Source of the DNA: Marsupella aquatica
Taxonomy: Eukaryota; Plantae; Marchantiophyta
Length of the DNA stretch: 64,000 bases
NCBI GenBank assembly: GCA_973895155.1
Contig: OZ316891.1
Location: 18,347,987-18,411,986, forward strand
Direction: 5' to 3'
The notes under the pieces were generated by a model. It saw only the letters and a list, made by a program, of their open reading frames with translations. It did no database searches and had not been told where the DNA came from. Of this stretch, positions 27,236-40,500 are shown one piece after another; position 1 is the stretch's first letter, and each line of letters starts with the position of its first letter. The translations under genes and the position numbers were made by a program.

Positions 27236-30200
27236 ATGGCAGCAAGTGAGGTCGCCGCTGTGAGTAGTACGATCATAGAGATTGCAAGAACAATACAGGA
27301 TTTGGGGAATAACTGGTACAAAGCTTCAGCAGATTGGGAGGATTTCCCACGGAAGATAGCCAGGCTCAAACGAAAGCATGACTTCTGGACAAAGGAATTC
27401 ATGAAATCTGCTATGTTATCGGACCCCTCTCTGATGGAGACTTTGGGCGAAGCTGAAAATCTACTCGAGCAGGAAAAAGCTAAACTGGAGGGAAGCGAAG
27501 CAAGATGTGGTGCAGGGTGCTACTTCAAGGTGAGCAGGACGATGTTCCCTGCAAAGGTAGGATTGAGAATCCAGCTAGTAATTGATGCATTCAATGCGAT
27601 CCCAGGCTTTCTACAGCAGGAGGAGGAAGCTGCCGTGGCATTGGATAAGAGAATGATGCGAAGAGCTCCTTCCTTGTCTTTCCGGGACGATGACCGCTAC
27701 GTTCCTCTCGAATTTACGGAATCGAAAGTTCAGAATGCTTTGGACGATCCTAGTGGCTCCCCACTAGTTTTGTTGCATGGAGGACCTGGTAAAGGAAAGT
27801 CAACCTTAGCACGAAGTGTTGCACTTCACTATCACGGGAAGTGTAAGAGTCCAGAAGAGAATCCAGACAGAGCTTTTGAACTGGTGGCTTTCTTGGAATG
27901 CGGTCCCAAGGCTGACATCCCAACGAGCGAATTGAAGCTGGCCAATTTGATTAGCCCAAATTCAGGGGCAACTGCTGTCCCTGAAGCACAAGGGAAACCT
28001 GACCCCGAGGATGCAATTTGGAGGAGACTGAAGGGCCTGCTCAAACATCAGAGAATACTCATAGTATTGGATGATGTTTGGGAACGAGAATTTTTGCAGA
28101 AGATGCTGGACTAGCGGGGTGTTGGAGTGAAATTCTTGGTGACTTCTCAAGATCAAGATCTGTATCGTGATTTGAGTTTGAGTCATCCGCCCACCCAAAT
28201 TCAGATAGAAGATGTCAACGACTATGTTGCCATGCAAATTCTCGCCAGTCATGTGGGGTTCACAAATAAGCAAATCCCTGCACACATCCAGGTTTGAATT
28301 CACCTGTTCACTGGTAGTCTGCAAAGGGTTACCGAGTGTCATTCTGCTATTTATAATTCAGTCTTGGACTTTTGAAATCCTTAATCAGGCAATAAATCGT
28401 TCCATTTCCTGGATCATGTCTCCTCTGTCCTCACTGGTGCTTTGAATTTTCTTTGCAGGGACTAGCGCACAAGGTGATAGAGGGTATGGAGAAGCATCCT
28501 CTGGCTCTGGCGAGTGTAGCCAAAGAAATTGACCCCGATCGATCCCACGATGTTGAAGAGTGGGAAGCTGCATCTGAAAGTTTCTTGACAGCGCTTCAGT
28601 CCAGGATCACAAAACATACCTTTGGTATGGCATATCCAGAAAGCTTTTGGCTCACCACGCAACGGTCGATCGAGGCAGTGAGAGAAGTGACAGAAGATGC
28701 CCCAAGCTTACTTATCTTGTTACACATGTGTGAAGCACCTTCTGTTCCAGAGGAAGTTCTCAAAATTCTCTTTGTTAGCGTGGTTTGTCAGGGTGGTTCT
28801 GAACAGTCTAAACTATCGAGATTTAAAATTTCAATGAAAGCGTTGAGGAGCAGAGGGTTAGTAAAGATAAATAGTCCATCACAATCTTCTTATTCCTGGT
28901 CAGCGCATTCCTTACAAAAACTGTTTATGGAATGTGAGATGAATGATGAGAAAGAAACACTACTCAAAGTGCGCAGAGAAACGATACTCAAAATACTTGG
29001 AAGTGAGTCAGATGAGATAAATATTAAAGTGGGAGTTGAGACCAAGATCACAACAGATGTCTCTGTGCAGGAAGACAGGATGGTTTGGATTTCTTTGTGC
29101 GCACTCTATTTTCACAAACACTACTCTGAGAAAGCTACCCTAAAGCTTGACATTCTGCCTCACCAGCTAAATAGTCTCCGGAGAAGCGCGATTGAACCGA
29201 TCACTCGATTACTAGCTATGCACATAAATGGGCGTTGGAGCAAAAGTGCACAATTGTCTGCCAAAAAGGTGAGCTCATCTAACACATTTTAATCAAGTTG
29301 ATACGCACTGGACTTAATGGAGTTCATTCCAAAGTTTGTATTGGAGTGTGAATTTTCACATCAGTCTTGGTTGTCGTCACAAGAACAGAGCTTGTGGCTT
29401 ACGGTTTTGAAATCTGTAGGCACACAAAATTTACTTTAGAGTATTGATGTTGTATTACTAGAACATTCATGACGGTTCATATAGTATGACTGGATAGCCT
29501 CGTTTCCCATAAAATTCCTGTCATGAATTCTCTGTATTGGAGTCTCCAGATCTGCCAAATTGCACGCAGATCTTCTCTTTTATATAAGAATAATCTGATG
29601 TAGATTTAACGGCAAATTCCCGGAACCATTCATCGCATAATCCATTTTGTTTTGTGGTATCAATGCTCGCCCTCAGACCAGAGTATACGACTCTCTTTGG
29701 TCTACGGTCTGGATCTGCACTGTGTTTTTTCTAAACGGACCATTCTGACTACTCTTACCTTTGATCACCAGATATATCTTAGATACATATACAAATGTGG
29801 ACTACACGACAATGGCATCGTGTATTTATTGGCCTTGCCAATCTCCGTTTTGCCAATGTTACAAGCTTGCGAGATATTGCAGCTGTGGAGTGGCAAACAA
29901 CTTTGATTGGTGAAAATTCGGGGGCTCTTCTGAAGGCTCTCTTGGACTTACTCGAAAATCTGTCCGACTCAGGCGACGCCAAGATAGCGACGGCAGCAGC
30001 CAGGGTTTTTTCTGAGCTTTGTCTCAACCCATTGCACGATGCAGTCATCATATCTTCGGGGATCTTGGACACAATCTTAAACATCCTGTCGCCTAATAAC
30101 AACTCACAACTCCTAGTCGCCAGCACAAACATATTGATCAGATTGGCTTACAACGATGGTATAGGAAGTGATGAGACAGCGCAGTATCCTGGGATCCTTG

Positions 30201-33177
30201 AGCAACTTCTCCAAGCTTTGTCCTCCGATAAAATGCCTGAACTTCAGGTAGCAGCAGCGCATGCATTGAGGAACTTGGCTGGATCAAATAAGGACATCGC
30301 TAGGCGACAACTGGTGAAGTTGCCTGGGTTACTAGAAAGACTAGTGAATCTATTGACGAAGGATAACAGGTCTGACCTTCAGACAGAGGCAGCAATGTTG
30401 TTAGGAAACCTGGCAGTTTTTGAATACGGGAGGGAAAAAGTTGTCGCTTACCCCGGAGCAATTCAGCAACTTCTCGCCTCCATGTCCACGAATGATAGCC
30501 CTCCGCTTCAGCTACAAGCAGCACAGGCGTTGTTCAACTTGACTGCATCAGATAATGCCATTACTCTGCGACGACTCGTGAATTTCCCTGGGTTACTAGA
30601 GTCACTGGTGAATCTGTTGTCGAAGAATAACAGCCCTGATCTACAGACACAGGGAGCAATGTCGTTAGGAAACCTGGCAAGTTTTTTCGAATATGGGCAG
30701 GAAAAAATTGTCGCCTGCCCCGGCGTAATTCAGCAACTTCTTGCCTCCATGTCCACGAGTGATAGCCCTCCGCTTCAGCTACAAGCAGCACGGGCGTTGG
30801 TGAACTTGACTGCATCAGATAATGACATCACTAAGCGACGACTCCTGAATTTTCCTTGGTTACTAGAGTCACTGGTGAATCTGTTGTCGAAGGATCACAA
30901 CCCTGGGCTTCAGACAGAGGCGGCAATGTCGTTAGGAAACCTGGCAAGAACTTTTGAATATGGGAAGGAAAACATTGTTGCTTGCCCTGGCGGAATTCAG
31001 CAAATTCTTGCGTCCATGTCCAGGAATGATAACCCTCAGGTTCAATTACAAGCAGCAATGACATTCACCAACTTGACTGCATCAGATAATGACATCACTA
31101 AACGATGACTCGTAAATTTCCCTGGGTTACTAGAGTCACTGGTGAATCTCTTGTCGAAGGAAAACAGCCCTGAGCTTCAGACACAGGCAGCAATGTCGTT
31201 AGGAAACCTGGCAAGAACTTTTGCATATGGGGAGGAAAGAATTGTCGCTTGCTCCGGTGTAATTCAGCAACTTCTTGCCTCCATGTCCAGGAACAATAGC
31301 CCTCAGCTTCAGCTAACAGCAACACAGGTTTTGGCCAACTTGACAACATCAGCTAATGACCTTACTGTTCGACGACTTGTGAAATTTCCTGGGTTACTAG
31401 AGGAACTCGTGAAGTTGTTGTCCAAGGATAATACAGATAACGTTCAATATATTGCAGCACATTCTTTACGTAATCTAGCACATAGTCAAGTTGATTAGAT
31501 GAGGTTGACAATGAAGCATTGCTCAGGGTTATTGGAGGAGTTTTTCATGTCAGTGTCGGATGGAGAATTTGATCAGATGAGCGGCTGGGAATATTATGTA
31601 GAGGCATTGACCTACATAGACCCTGCACGAGGTAATGGAGCACACCTGCACTCTGCAATCGCTTATAAACGAAGAGGATATGCAAACATGATTTTAGGCC
31701 TACAGAAGGAGGCGCTGGATGATCTGAATAGAGCAAACAAAATGGAGACTGGGGATCTTTCCACGTTGCGGTACGTACTACTTGTGTTATTGAAATGGGG
31801 TGGATGGCTATTATATCCTGACATGTTGTGTTTCCTCCACTTCCTAACAAGTCTTTCAATCTCTTTGATAACAATTGACCTGTAGCCACTTGCATGTTTG
31901 TATTTTTGAGGAAATTTTAGTCAAGGCATGGATAGATAACTGATGATCCAGGAGCCCTCAGTCAAATGCATTGGATGTTTTGAAGCATGGTAGAGTTAGG
32001 TTGTCAATATTAGAGACAATATGAAGAAATTCCAATTGATGGGGTGCCTTGTCTTTTACTGTCAACTGACAAATCATACTTAGAATGTACTCAACTCTGG
32101 TGGATAATAACCTAGGCTCAACAGGTTTCTCAGATAGCCGCGGACCTTATGAAGAAGTTGATTAAGTACTTGTGAGCAATAGTTGCACATGGCTAACACC
32201 GTGTGCCAGTGGGGACCAGTCACATCAGTCCAACTATGGGCATCATGCATCTGGGAAAATGCATCTTCTCTGGATTTTTTTAAGAAAGGGTTTGGGCCTG
32301 AAAAGAAAAGAAAAGAAAGGAGTATATTATGCATCTGTAGAATGCAAACGTCATTATTTCACAGTCAGAATAAAACAAGTCCAAGGACAAAAGACAGTCG
32401 ACTGAAGTGCAAGTAGCATTTCCTTTTACTATCAGTGTTAATTGGCAGTACACCAACACCTGGCGACTAACACTATTGAAATCTGACTTGTTTGCATTTT
32501 GCTCAGTTTTTTGTGCTACCATTTTCATTAATAGCAGAAAGTCGTTGTTAATTCTTTTGATATACAGCATATAAGCAAGTTATTACAAATATACAGCCAG
32601 GTCTGTGATGTTTTTTAATTTTTAATTTAAGGACACAATAGGCAGATCTATGGAATTTTTCATGGAGTTGAAGAAAATGATCCGTCACTCTAGAGTCCAG
32701 AAATGAATAAATTTAACCTACTAGTAAATATTGACCGCTTCTTTGTGGAGTGTGAACTGATACCTCTTGTTTCTTCTTCCCCTGGACTGATACCTATATA
32801 ACCTGGGATGCAGGTATCAGCTCACTGTGAGAACAAGGCTCGGGGATTTAGAAGGAGCCCTTGCAGATTCTAAGAGGATTATTGAAAAGCAGTGCACAGC
32901 ATTTGACTTGCAAGAGAGCGGGGTTCTGAAAAGAATGATGGGAGATTTGCAAGGAGCCTTGGAAGATCTCAACAGAAGCCTGGAGCTTGATCCTAATGAT
33001 TATGAGGTTCTAAAACATAGAGCACTTGTTAGATTTCTAATGAAGGATGAGAGTGGAGCCCATTCTGATGCTCAAATGGCGCTCACATTGAAACCCATAA
33101 GAGTTGATGCAAGCTCTTATGGACGAGATTGTTTAGGAGTAAGTTCTGTAGAGTTCTTAGACTACGTGCTTAGATAG
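27236..33177 (+). pseudogene. NLR-like copy B, full architecture but disrupted. Exons 27236-28291, 28459-29268, 29772-31770, 32814-33177
   Basis: Colinear with copy A with the same intron positions. Lesions: TAG at 28112-28114 (TTG in A), 1-bp deletion near 29867 (caagcttgcg vs caagctttgcg), TGA at 31106-31108, TAG at 31496-31498. Has 4 ARM doublets and retains the N-terminal ATG and first 55 codons. Confidence 0.88.
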
Positions 33178-33239
33178 GTGATTTCTTATTGACAACATTT
33201 GTGTAATACACCTTCACTGTTCACCCTAATTAATTAGTC

Positions 33240-33870
33240 TTGTCTTGGAAGTAGTGTTAGTTCCTTGTTCCTCCTGGGTGATTCTTAAAACTAGTGAGGA
33301 ACACCTCAAATCTATGTTGAGTGCCAGCAACTCTGCTAGGACTGTGGGTGAACTTGAACTCATCCAGTGGCCGTGGACCAATCTTGAGGTCCCGGGTTCG
33401 ATGACACAGAAAAATGATTTTCCTCTTTTTTGACGGGACAGCGGAGTGATTCCCCAGGGACACTGAGCACCAGATTGACCCGTACCCGGCTCTGGAGCAC
33501 AAACTCGTGTACTTTCGTCCAAAGTCTATAGATAAGAGGCTTGGAAGGATCACCAGGTGAACAGGATCCATGTCAAGTACCACTGTCATAGTGTCAATAA
33601 TCATGGGAATTACAGCGATAGGCAGGGTAGCAAACTGAATGGTAGGAGGATTGAGGGAGGTAGATACAGGGTGCCCATCACCCTCACCGTCAACTGGACC
33701 TCGGCTAACATTATTAGTAGTTGGAGGTAGTCTTGGCAGTGATGTCCCCGCGGGCCGTTTTGTGGCTCCGGGCGCTGGTTTCTGGTTTTATCGGCTATTG
33801 CTTGGGTGGTTCTGTCCCCTCGCTGTCGTGTTGATGTTTTTATAAAGTCCGTTTTATATGGGGGAGGTAA
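33240..33870 (+). mobile_element. Probable 5'-truncated LINE-like insertion between copies B and C
   Basis: Starts where A/B 3' homology ends (taattagtc|), carries ttgcttgggtggttctgtccc (reverse complement of the 23070/25775 motif) and abuts the truncated start of copy C. No RT motifs seen. Confidence 0.4.
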
Positions 33871-33871
33871 A

Positions 33872-35451
33872 ACACAGGCAGCAATGTCTTTAGGGAATCT
33901 GGCAACAGTAGTTCCATACAGGAAGGAAAAGATTGTCGCATGCTCTGGCGCACTGCAAGAACTTCTTGCCTCCATTTCGGGGAATGATAAACCTCCGCTT
34001 CAGCTCGAAGCAGCACGGTCAATACACAATTTGAGTACATGTTACTGTTCGACAACTCTTGAAATTGCCTGGGATACAAGAGGAACTAGTGAAGTTGTTG
34101 TCCAGGGATGATTCAGATAATCTCCAACTCGGAGCAGCACGTTCTTTCCGTAATCTAGCAGAGAGTCAAGTTGACGACATGAGGCTGACAATGACGCATT
34201 GCTCAGGATTATTGGAGAAGTTTTCGATGTCATTGTCTGAGGAAAAATTCCATCCAAAGAGTGGCTGGAAATATTATGTAGAAGCATTGACATACATTGA
34301 CCCTGCACGATCGAGGTAACGGAGCACATCTGCAGTCTGCATTCGTTTATTCACGAAGAGGATATGCAAATATGATTTTAGGCCTAAACAAGGAGTCGCT
34401 GGAAGATTTGAGTAGACCGAACGACATGCAGCCTGGAGATCGTTTCACTTTGCGGTACGTACTACAGCGTGTGATTGAGATGGGTCGGGACGGCCATATT
34501 GTGACATGGTGTGTTTCCTCCAATTCTAGTTTCCAGTTCCTAACAAGTCCATCTCACTCTTTGGAACCAATTGGCCTTACTAATGCCATTTGCATGTTTT
34601 TATTTTGGAGTAAAATTTTAATCAGGCGATGGATAGATAAGAGATCAAGGAGCTCTTAGTCAAACGCATTGTATATTTTGAATCCGTTAGGGTTAGGTGC
34701 TCATAGGTCAAACGACAAATTGATGGAACTCCAATTAATGTGCAGTGTCTCTTATCTTCAAGACCAAGTCTATAATTTAGGATGTACAAAGTTTTGAGGG
34801 ATAATAACCTAGGGCCAATAGATCTCTCAATTGGTCATGGACCTCTTAAAGAAGGTAATGAAGCAGTGGTCTTCAATTGTGTCCATGGAACTAAAACAAA
34901 TGTATGAGGAAAGGTAACTTAAGTAGCTATATAATGATATGTACTGATATATTCTTGAACGTGAAACTCTGTTTAAGAGAAATTCAAACGGCTAACAAGG
35001 TCGAGATGCCAGTGGGATAAGTTCATTAATTTCCGGACACCTTTTTCCTTTTTCTTTCCTTGAACTGACACCTTTATAACCTGGATGCAGGTGTCAGTAC
35101 ACTGTGAAAACAAGGTTTGGGGACTCAGAAGGAGCCCTTGCAGATTCTGACAAGATTATTGAAAAGCAGTGCAGAGCATGTGACTTGCAAGAGAGTGGGG
35201 TTCTCAAAAGAATGATGAAAGATTTACCCGGAGCATTGTCAGATCTCAACAGAAGTCTGGAGCTCAGTCCTAATTATGAGGTTCTAAAACATAGAGCAGC
35301 TGTTAGATTTCTAATGAATAATGAGAATGGAGCCCATTCAGATGCTCAAATGGCCCTCACATTGAAGTCCAACAGAGTTGATGCGGGCTCTTATGGGCTA
35401 CGTTATTTCCCATAAAGTTCAGTGGAATTCTTGGACTACAAACTTAGATAG
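33872..35451 (+). pseudogene. NLR-like copy C, 5'-truncated remnant (last ARM repeats plus TPR exon 35091-35451)
   Basis: TQAAMSLGNLAT..., LPGIQEELVKLLSRDDSDNLQ..., YSRRGYANMILG..., GDSEGALADSDKIIEKQ; several frameshifts; conserved intron 34455-35090. Confidence 0.88.
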
Positions 35452-37514
35452 TTGATTTCTCATTGAGAATGTTTGTGTTAGACTGCAAGCATTCAGATTT
35501 GTCAGTATATTGTTCAGTAGACATTCTTTATTTTTGCCTTCATTGAAAGTTCAGTTGGGACACCAATTGATTGCATTTGGGGGGCATATGGGAGGAATAA
35601 GCTACTGGGAACACTTAAAAACGAAGGAGGTGTATCCTACTCCAAAACACGCTTCAAAGAATCATGTCAGAATGAAGTGTGGTTGTCTCACATTAACGCA
35701 TGAGAAAAGGCATGTGTTCTTCCTAGAGCCTTATTTTCCCCTAAATGTTTTCCATGCTTTAGATCAAGACCTCCACCCAACCACTCTTCCTTTCAAACCA
35801 GTTTTCTCCCACACCTTACATGAAAAATCACCCCACCCCCATCCTGTTGAAACACCCCTTGGGACACATGAAATTGATATCGTGGTGCAGTTTCAGATTG
35901 TCCTGCGTGAAATCGAATTGACAAGGATTGTGATAATCTCGAAGCCCGTAGCTCACTGAAACTTGAGTCACCACTGACGATTTTGAGGCAAAGACTTAAG
36001 CAGGGAAGTTTGTTGCGCAGTAAACTAGAGCGCGGTAGGTCTTAAGCATCGCACTTGGCCCTGTAACTTTGAACTGTCCTACTGACGATGGACCAGCGCA
36101 GTGCCCGCTGATTAGACTTTGTCAAGTCGAATCTCTTATTCCCATCCAATCGGAGCTCCATTAAAGAGAAATTGGGCGACTTCACTGATACTTGGGCCCA
36201 GAAAAATCAGCTCGGAAACCCATTTCATGAATTAAATTGAAGTCATCGCCACAGGAATCTTCTTAAGTCTCAATAATCAGACAGAACAAGAGCTCGTGAG
36301 CCAACCTGCGGTTCTGTCAAAAATTTATCCCGTGAAAACCAACGTAAAGTGATTACCGGGTTCCCTTTTGATGAAGCATTTCTATTTCCAAGCCCACAGA
36401 CGAGGGGCAGAATACATTGTTGACAAATGTCTTCTTCCTGATCCTTCACACCGAAGAAATTCTCAACCGAATTGCGTAAAATCTGTCCCAGAGTGTTAGA
36501 ATCCTGAAGTCTAGCAAACGTAATTAAGACTACCCCAGATCTTTGCTGTTGTCTGGCAAAACGCAGTGCCCCACGGTCAAACAAGAACATCTTAGGTCGC
36601 AAGTCAACCGGTTGCTCGAAGACATGTTGTACGCGACACGCATATAAATCCCTCCCCACTAGGTAAAATTTAGAGATGTTAACAAGACTAGCCACACAAA
36701 CTACCCTGAGGCCAGGCCGATCCATTTCCAAGTCATTCCTAGTTCTGGACTCTGGCAAGTGGCACTAAACTCTACTACTGGTCCCGTATAGAGTCGGTCG
36801 CTCTAAAGACTACGCTGTTTGGGGCTACGATCAGATCCGTATGTCTTGGGAGGGAACTTCATCGCAGCCCTCTTCCAACGGCGACAATGAAGCCCGTCCG
36901 TCTGATGTGCATTCCAATTTTCCAGACTCCGATGCAAAGGTTTGTAGTCAAGAATGGGCCATTTCCTGTTCGAAACAAGATAACCTTTGGAAACAAATCC
37001 GACACATTTCACTAATTATATACAAATTGTATGGAGACAAGAATAGCGTGAAAGTTCCGAGCAGAATTATCTAAATTGATCTCAGAAAAAAGCGGAGAAC
37101 AAGGGCACTAGCCAAACGCATTGCAATCTGAAGTTCTTACTAGAATGTCCCGAAATCTGTAGAGGCATCATGAACATATGAATGGTCCATTGCGTACACA
37201 GGTAGGAAACGGGATCCATCTTGAACCATGTGGATGTCCGCTTCGACTCTACACCCTCCAAACCTGATGAGAACATTGATCGATCAAAACACCTCAGCAG
37301 TATGATTGACATGAGCAGGGAATTTCAAGCACAGCCCCCTGCTATCGTCCCCACCTCTTCGGTCTTTCATTTCCCATTCTGCCTTCACACTATAGTTCCG
37401 TCAGCTGTCTAAACAATCATCTCCCCAGCGTGTCATCCTGTATTCGTAAACCCTAGACTCGCTCTCAAGGTGACCTTAGTGCTAACTTAAGTCTAAGACC
37501 TGTGATCTTGAAAG

Positions 37515-40500
37515 TCATATCCCTAATTGTTCTCCAGATTGCTGCGTTAGAAGCTTGGCCTTGACCTCCTTACGATTTGTCACTTGGACCTTTTTCCTCT
37601 GCTTCTTACTGAAGATCTTCTCGACGTCTTTCTTGAGCGCAAGATAACCATATAACACCCGTTTGGTTGTCTTAGTTTCTTCATCAACTTGCGTGAAATC
37701 TGGACCCTCTGGAACAGTCTCGAATCCCGGCAATCCTGTTTTAAACGGACGAATGATGTCCCACTGTACTCGGCCGCGTCCATTTCGCAAAAAGTAGTTG
37801 TGCAGGCGCTCGGCTTCTTGCAGACCTTCATCAGTGGGTTCAAATTCCACATGCACAATTCCTCTGTGACCAAATTTGTCCCAGATAGACTTGGCCCGGC
37901 CATGCAGGTGACCTAACTCTGCAGCAAGGAAAGAAGTCCATTCAACGGTACTGGGTGAAACTCTCCGGAGTACCCGATAACCTTCAAGCAGATTCATGAG
38001 AAGAGAAGCCATACATTAGACATAACGTATAACTGAATGTGGCTGTGTCAATGTGACGTCTGAACCGCCCCCGAGAGAGTCGTTGGAATTGTACTCAGTT
38101 CAGAGTAGAGGCATCCGAATACTCAAGACACCACGTTTGTTAGGACAAACTATCTGGTACGAGAGGACCGTAAACTTAAAAGGAAACCCTCTCCAAAATG
38201 GGCAGCTTCAACTTTCTGTAGGGAATCTCAAGAACGAAATCTTAGTCAATAGGATACACGGATGGCAGAGAAGATTAGCTAAATGGTCCTGGATTGATTT
38301 GAAACGTCGAAAGTGATCTTAAAAGGAACAACAGCCAAAGATTATACCAGCTGAACTTGCAAGCTCAAAACCTGGGACGCATTCGTTGGTTGAACTATTA
38401 CGTGAGGGACACACTACTGCCAAATCACCCTATTTAGAATTGACACCCTCGCCCCTAAAATTTCCCCCTATATTGCTAATCGAGAGGGCAAAAGTGTTAT
38501 CATCGCGAACAGCCTGATTGGTTCGCGAAAGGGAAGATAGCAACAGCTAGGTGAGAAAAAATCATAAATATAATTACAACAAGAAGCCGAGCAGCCTCAG
38601 CTATGCAAATACCTTAGAGTGGATGTTGGAAGTATTTCGTTGATAAACAGAAAGAAAACCGCTATCAATAATGAGATTTAAGGTCACACAGTTAATTAAA
38701 AGAGGTTCGAAGTGTGTTCACAGAAAGTTCTGTCAGTGGAGCCAGCAACGCAAATCTTACTTTTTTTCCTCTTTTCCTAGATTGCCTGGTTGGATACTTG
38801 CACATGAGTGCACTGTCCAATATTTGTCTCTGGTTCCATGGCCTTCTAGTCTCTGTTGACACCAAGAAAAACTTTAACGCTTGATGCCTAGTTATTTGTT
38901 AACAAACACCCCTTCTTACTGTACGGTGTAAAATTAAGCTTACGACGCTAGTAAGCTTAAGTGAAACTGGGGAATTTAATGCCGGGTATAGTTGTGGAGT
39001 CAATGACCCTCCAATATCAACAGTCATCATAGCAATGACTGCCAATTAGTAGCACCACCTTCCGGAACAAAGGCATCCAGGCAAGCTAGCAAGTTCACGA
39101 CTCTTGTGCAACAAAATGTATGTGCACGTGACAGTCCAGGCTGGAATGTAATGGCACTGGTCAATTTGTCAAAAAGTCAAGTGCAAAAATACACACCTAA
39201 GCATTATCCAACTCCATCAAAGGGACAATTGGCACTGCCAAGTGGATTTCAATACATATCATGAAGGGCACACTCAATCAAGACATGAGATAGAGGAACT
39301 CAAGCAAGATCAAAAAGAGAGGGACGAGTTTTCAAACCGTTCAAGAGGAGTGCCATCTCTGAGTTGGTCACGCCCTCCCACCGCTTATCTGCACCCATTC
39401 CCGTTCGTGTGTTCTCCACCACCACAATAGGAGGCCAGACTATCGTATCCTCTTCTGCCTCAATGTTGCTAGCTGTGGGTTCCTTGATGTCCAGCTTCAG
39501 AACATCAATCAAAGCTTTGCGAAAACCCATGTGATCGATGCGCTTGCTCTGAACTTGGGAGTGTTGTGCATGAGTTATCAATTCGTAAATATCAGAGTAT
39601 ATTTTCGACCCTCTGCATCCACCAAACCCATTGTATATGCCCAGCCTGATTGATATCGGTTTGTGATTCACGAGTAACCCCTTAAAGCCTAGTTATCCAA
39701 TCTAAGCATGCAAAGAGCAGTGTGAAATACAAGTCGCACAACGATTAGGATCCTCTAGATTGATTAAGCAGAAGAGACTGCAGAGCTAACGCACTCCTAC
39801 CAGGCAAAACTTTAATTCTGTTCAAGCAGTTTAAACAACGAGCAAGTTAGTCCATTTACAAACAGTTGCGATGAACTTTGTTCAGTGACGCCTTGTATTG
39901 TAAACTCCGGACTATAAGTGCAAAGCCACCCTTTCGGCTTGTGTACTACGGAGACAACACGGCCATTAGGATAAAAGCTAGGGTATGAAGTAAATGCCTG
40001 GGACATGCTTTCCTACCGCAAACCGGTTCAGTCACGCGGACCTCCGTCTAAGGCAAAAACTTTTGCCACATATTGATATGAGACGTGGAAAGGGAGAACG
40101 AAATCGGCCCACGAGACAGACATGGCATAAAATGGAAACCTTCGAGCAATTGAAGGCCAATGAGATCAGAACTCTGACGATCATGGGCAACCACTTGAAG
40201 GAATGAATCCATCCATTCCTCTTTTAGCTTCTTCACATGGATGAAATTGAAGATGAGAAGCTGTTCAATTTCCGAATAAGGACAGGATGAAAATAATGCG
40301 TGGATTGTACAGGACATTCTGAACAATATCGCTCCTGTCCAAGGATTGAGAGACCTCCCGCGACTAGTCCTCTCGGGCCCAGGAGACAACAACTTCTCTC
40401 TTTTCCTTGAAAAGGATAAACCTGGAACAGGGTCTAGACCTGTTTTTCCTGTCACTTCCTTTCAGAAAATTCAAGAAATTGGACAGTCCCTCGTCCTCGT

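Noticed and set aside
19995-31349. Repeated antisense ORFs (..EGYHSWTWR..) over the ARM arrays
   Set aside because: They are shadows of the sense-strand repeats with no independent support.
16162-31498. Premature stops as RNA-editing or readthrough sites (two TTG-to-TAG changes)
   Set aside because: Plant C/U editing is organellar and could not restore TTG, nuclear mRNA A-to-I editing is not established in plants, and copy B also has a frameshift.
35510-37412. ORFs of 149 and 162 aa and smaller between copy C and XS gene 1
   Set aside because: No recognisable motifs or splice-consistent model; probably UTR or intergenic sequence.
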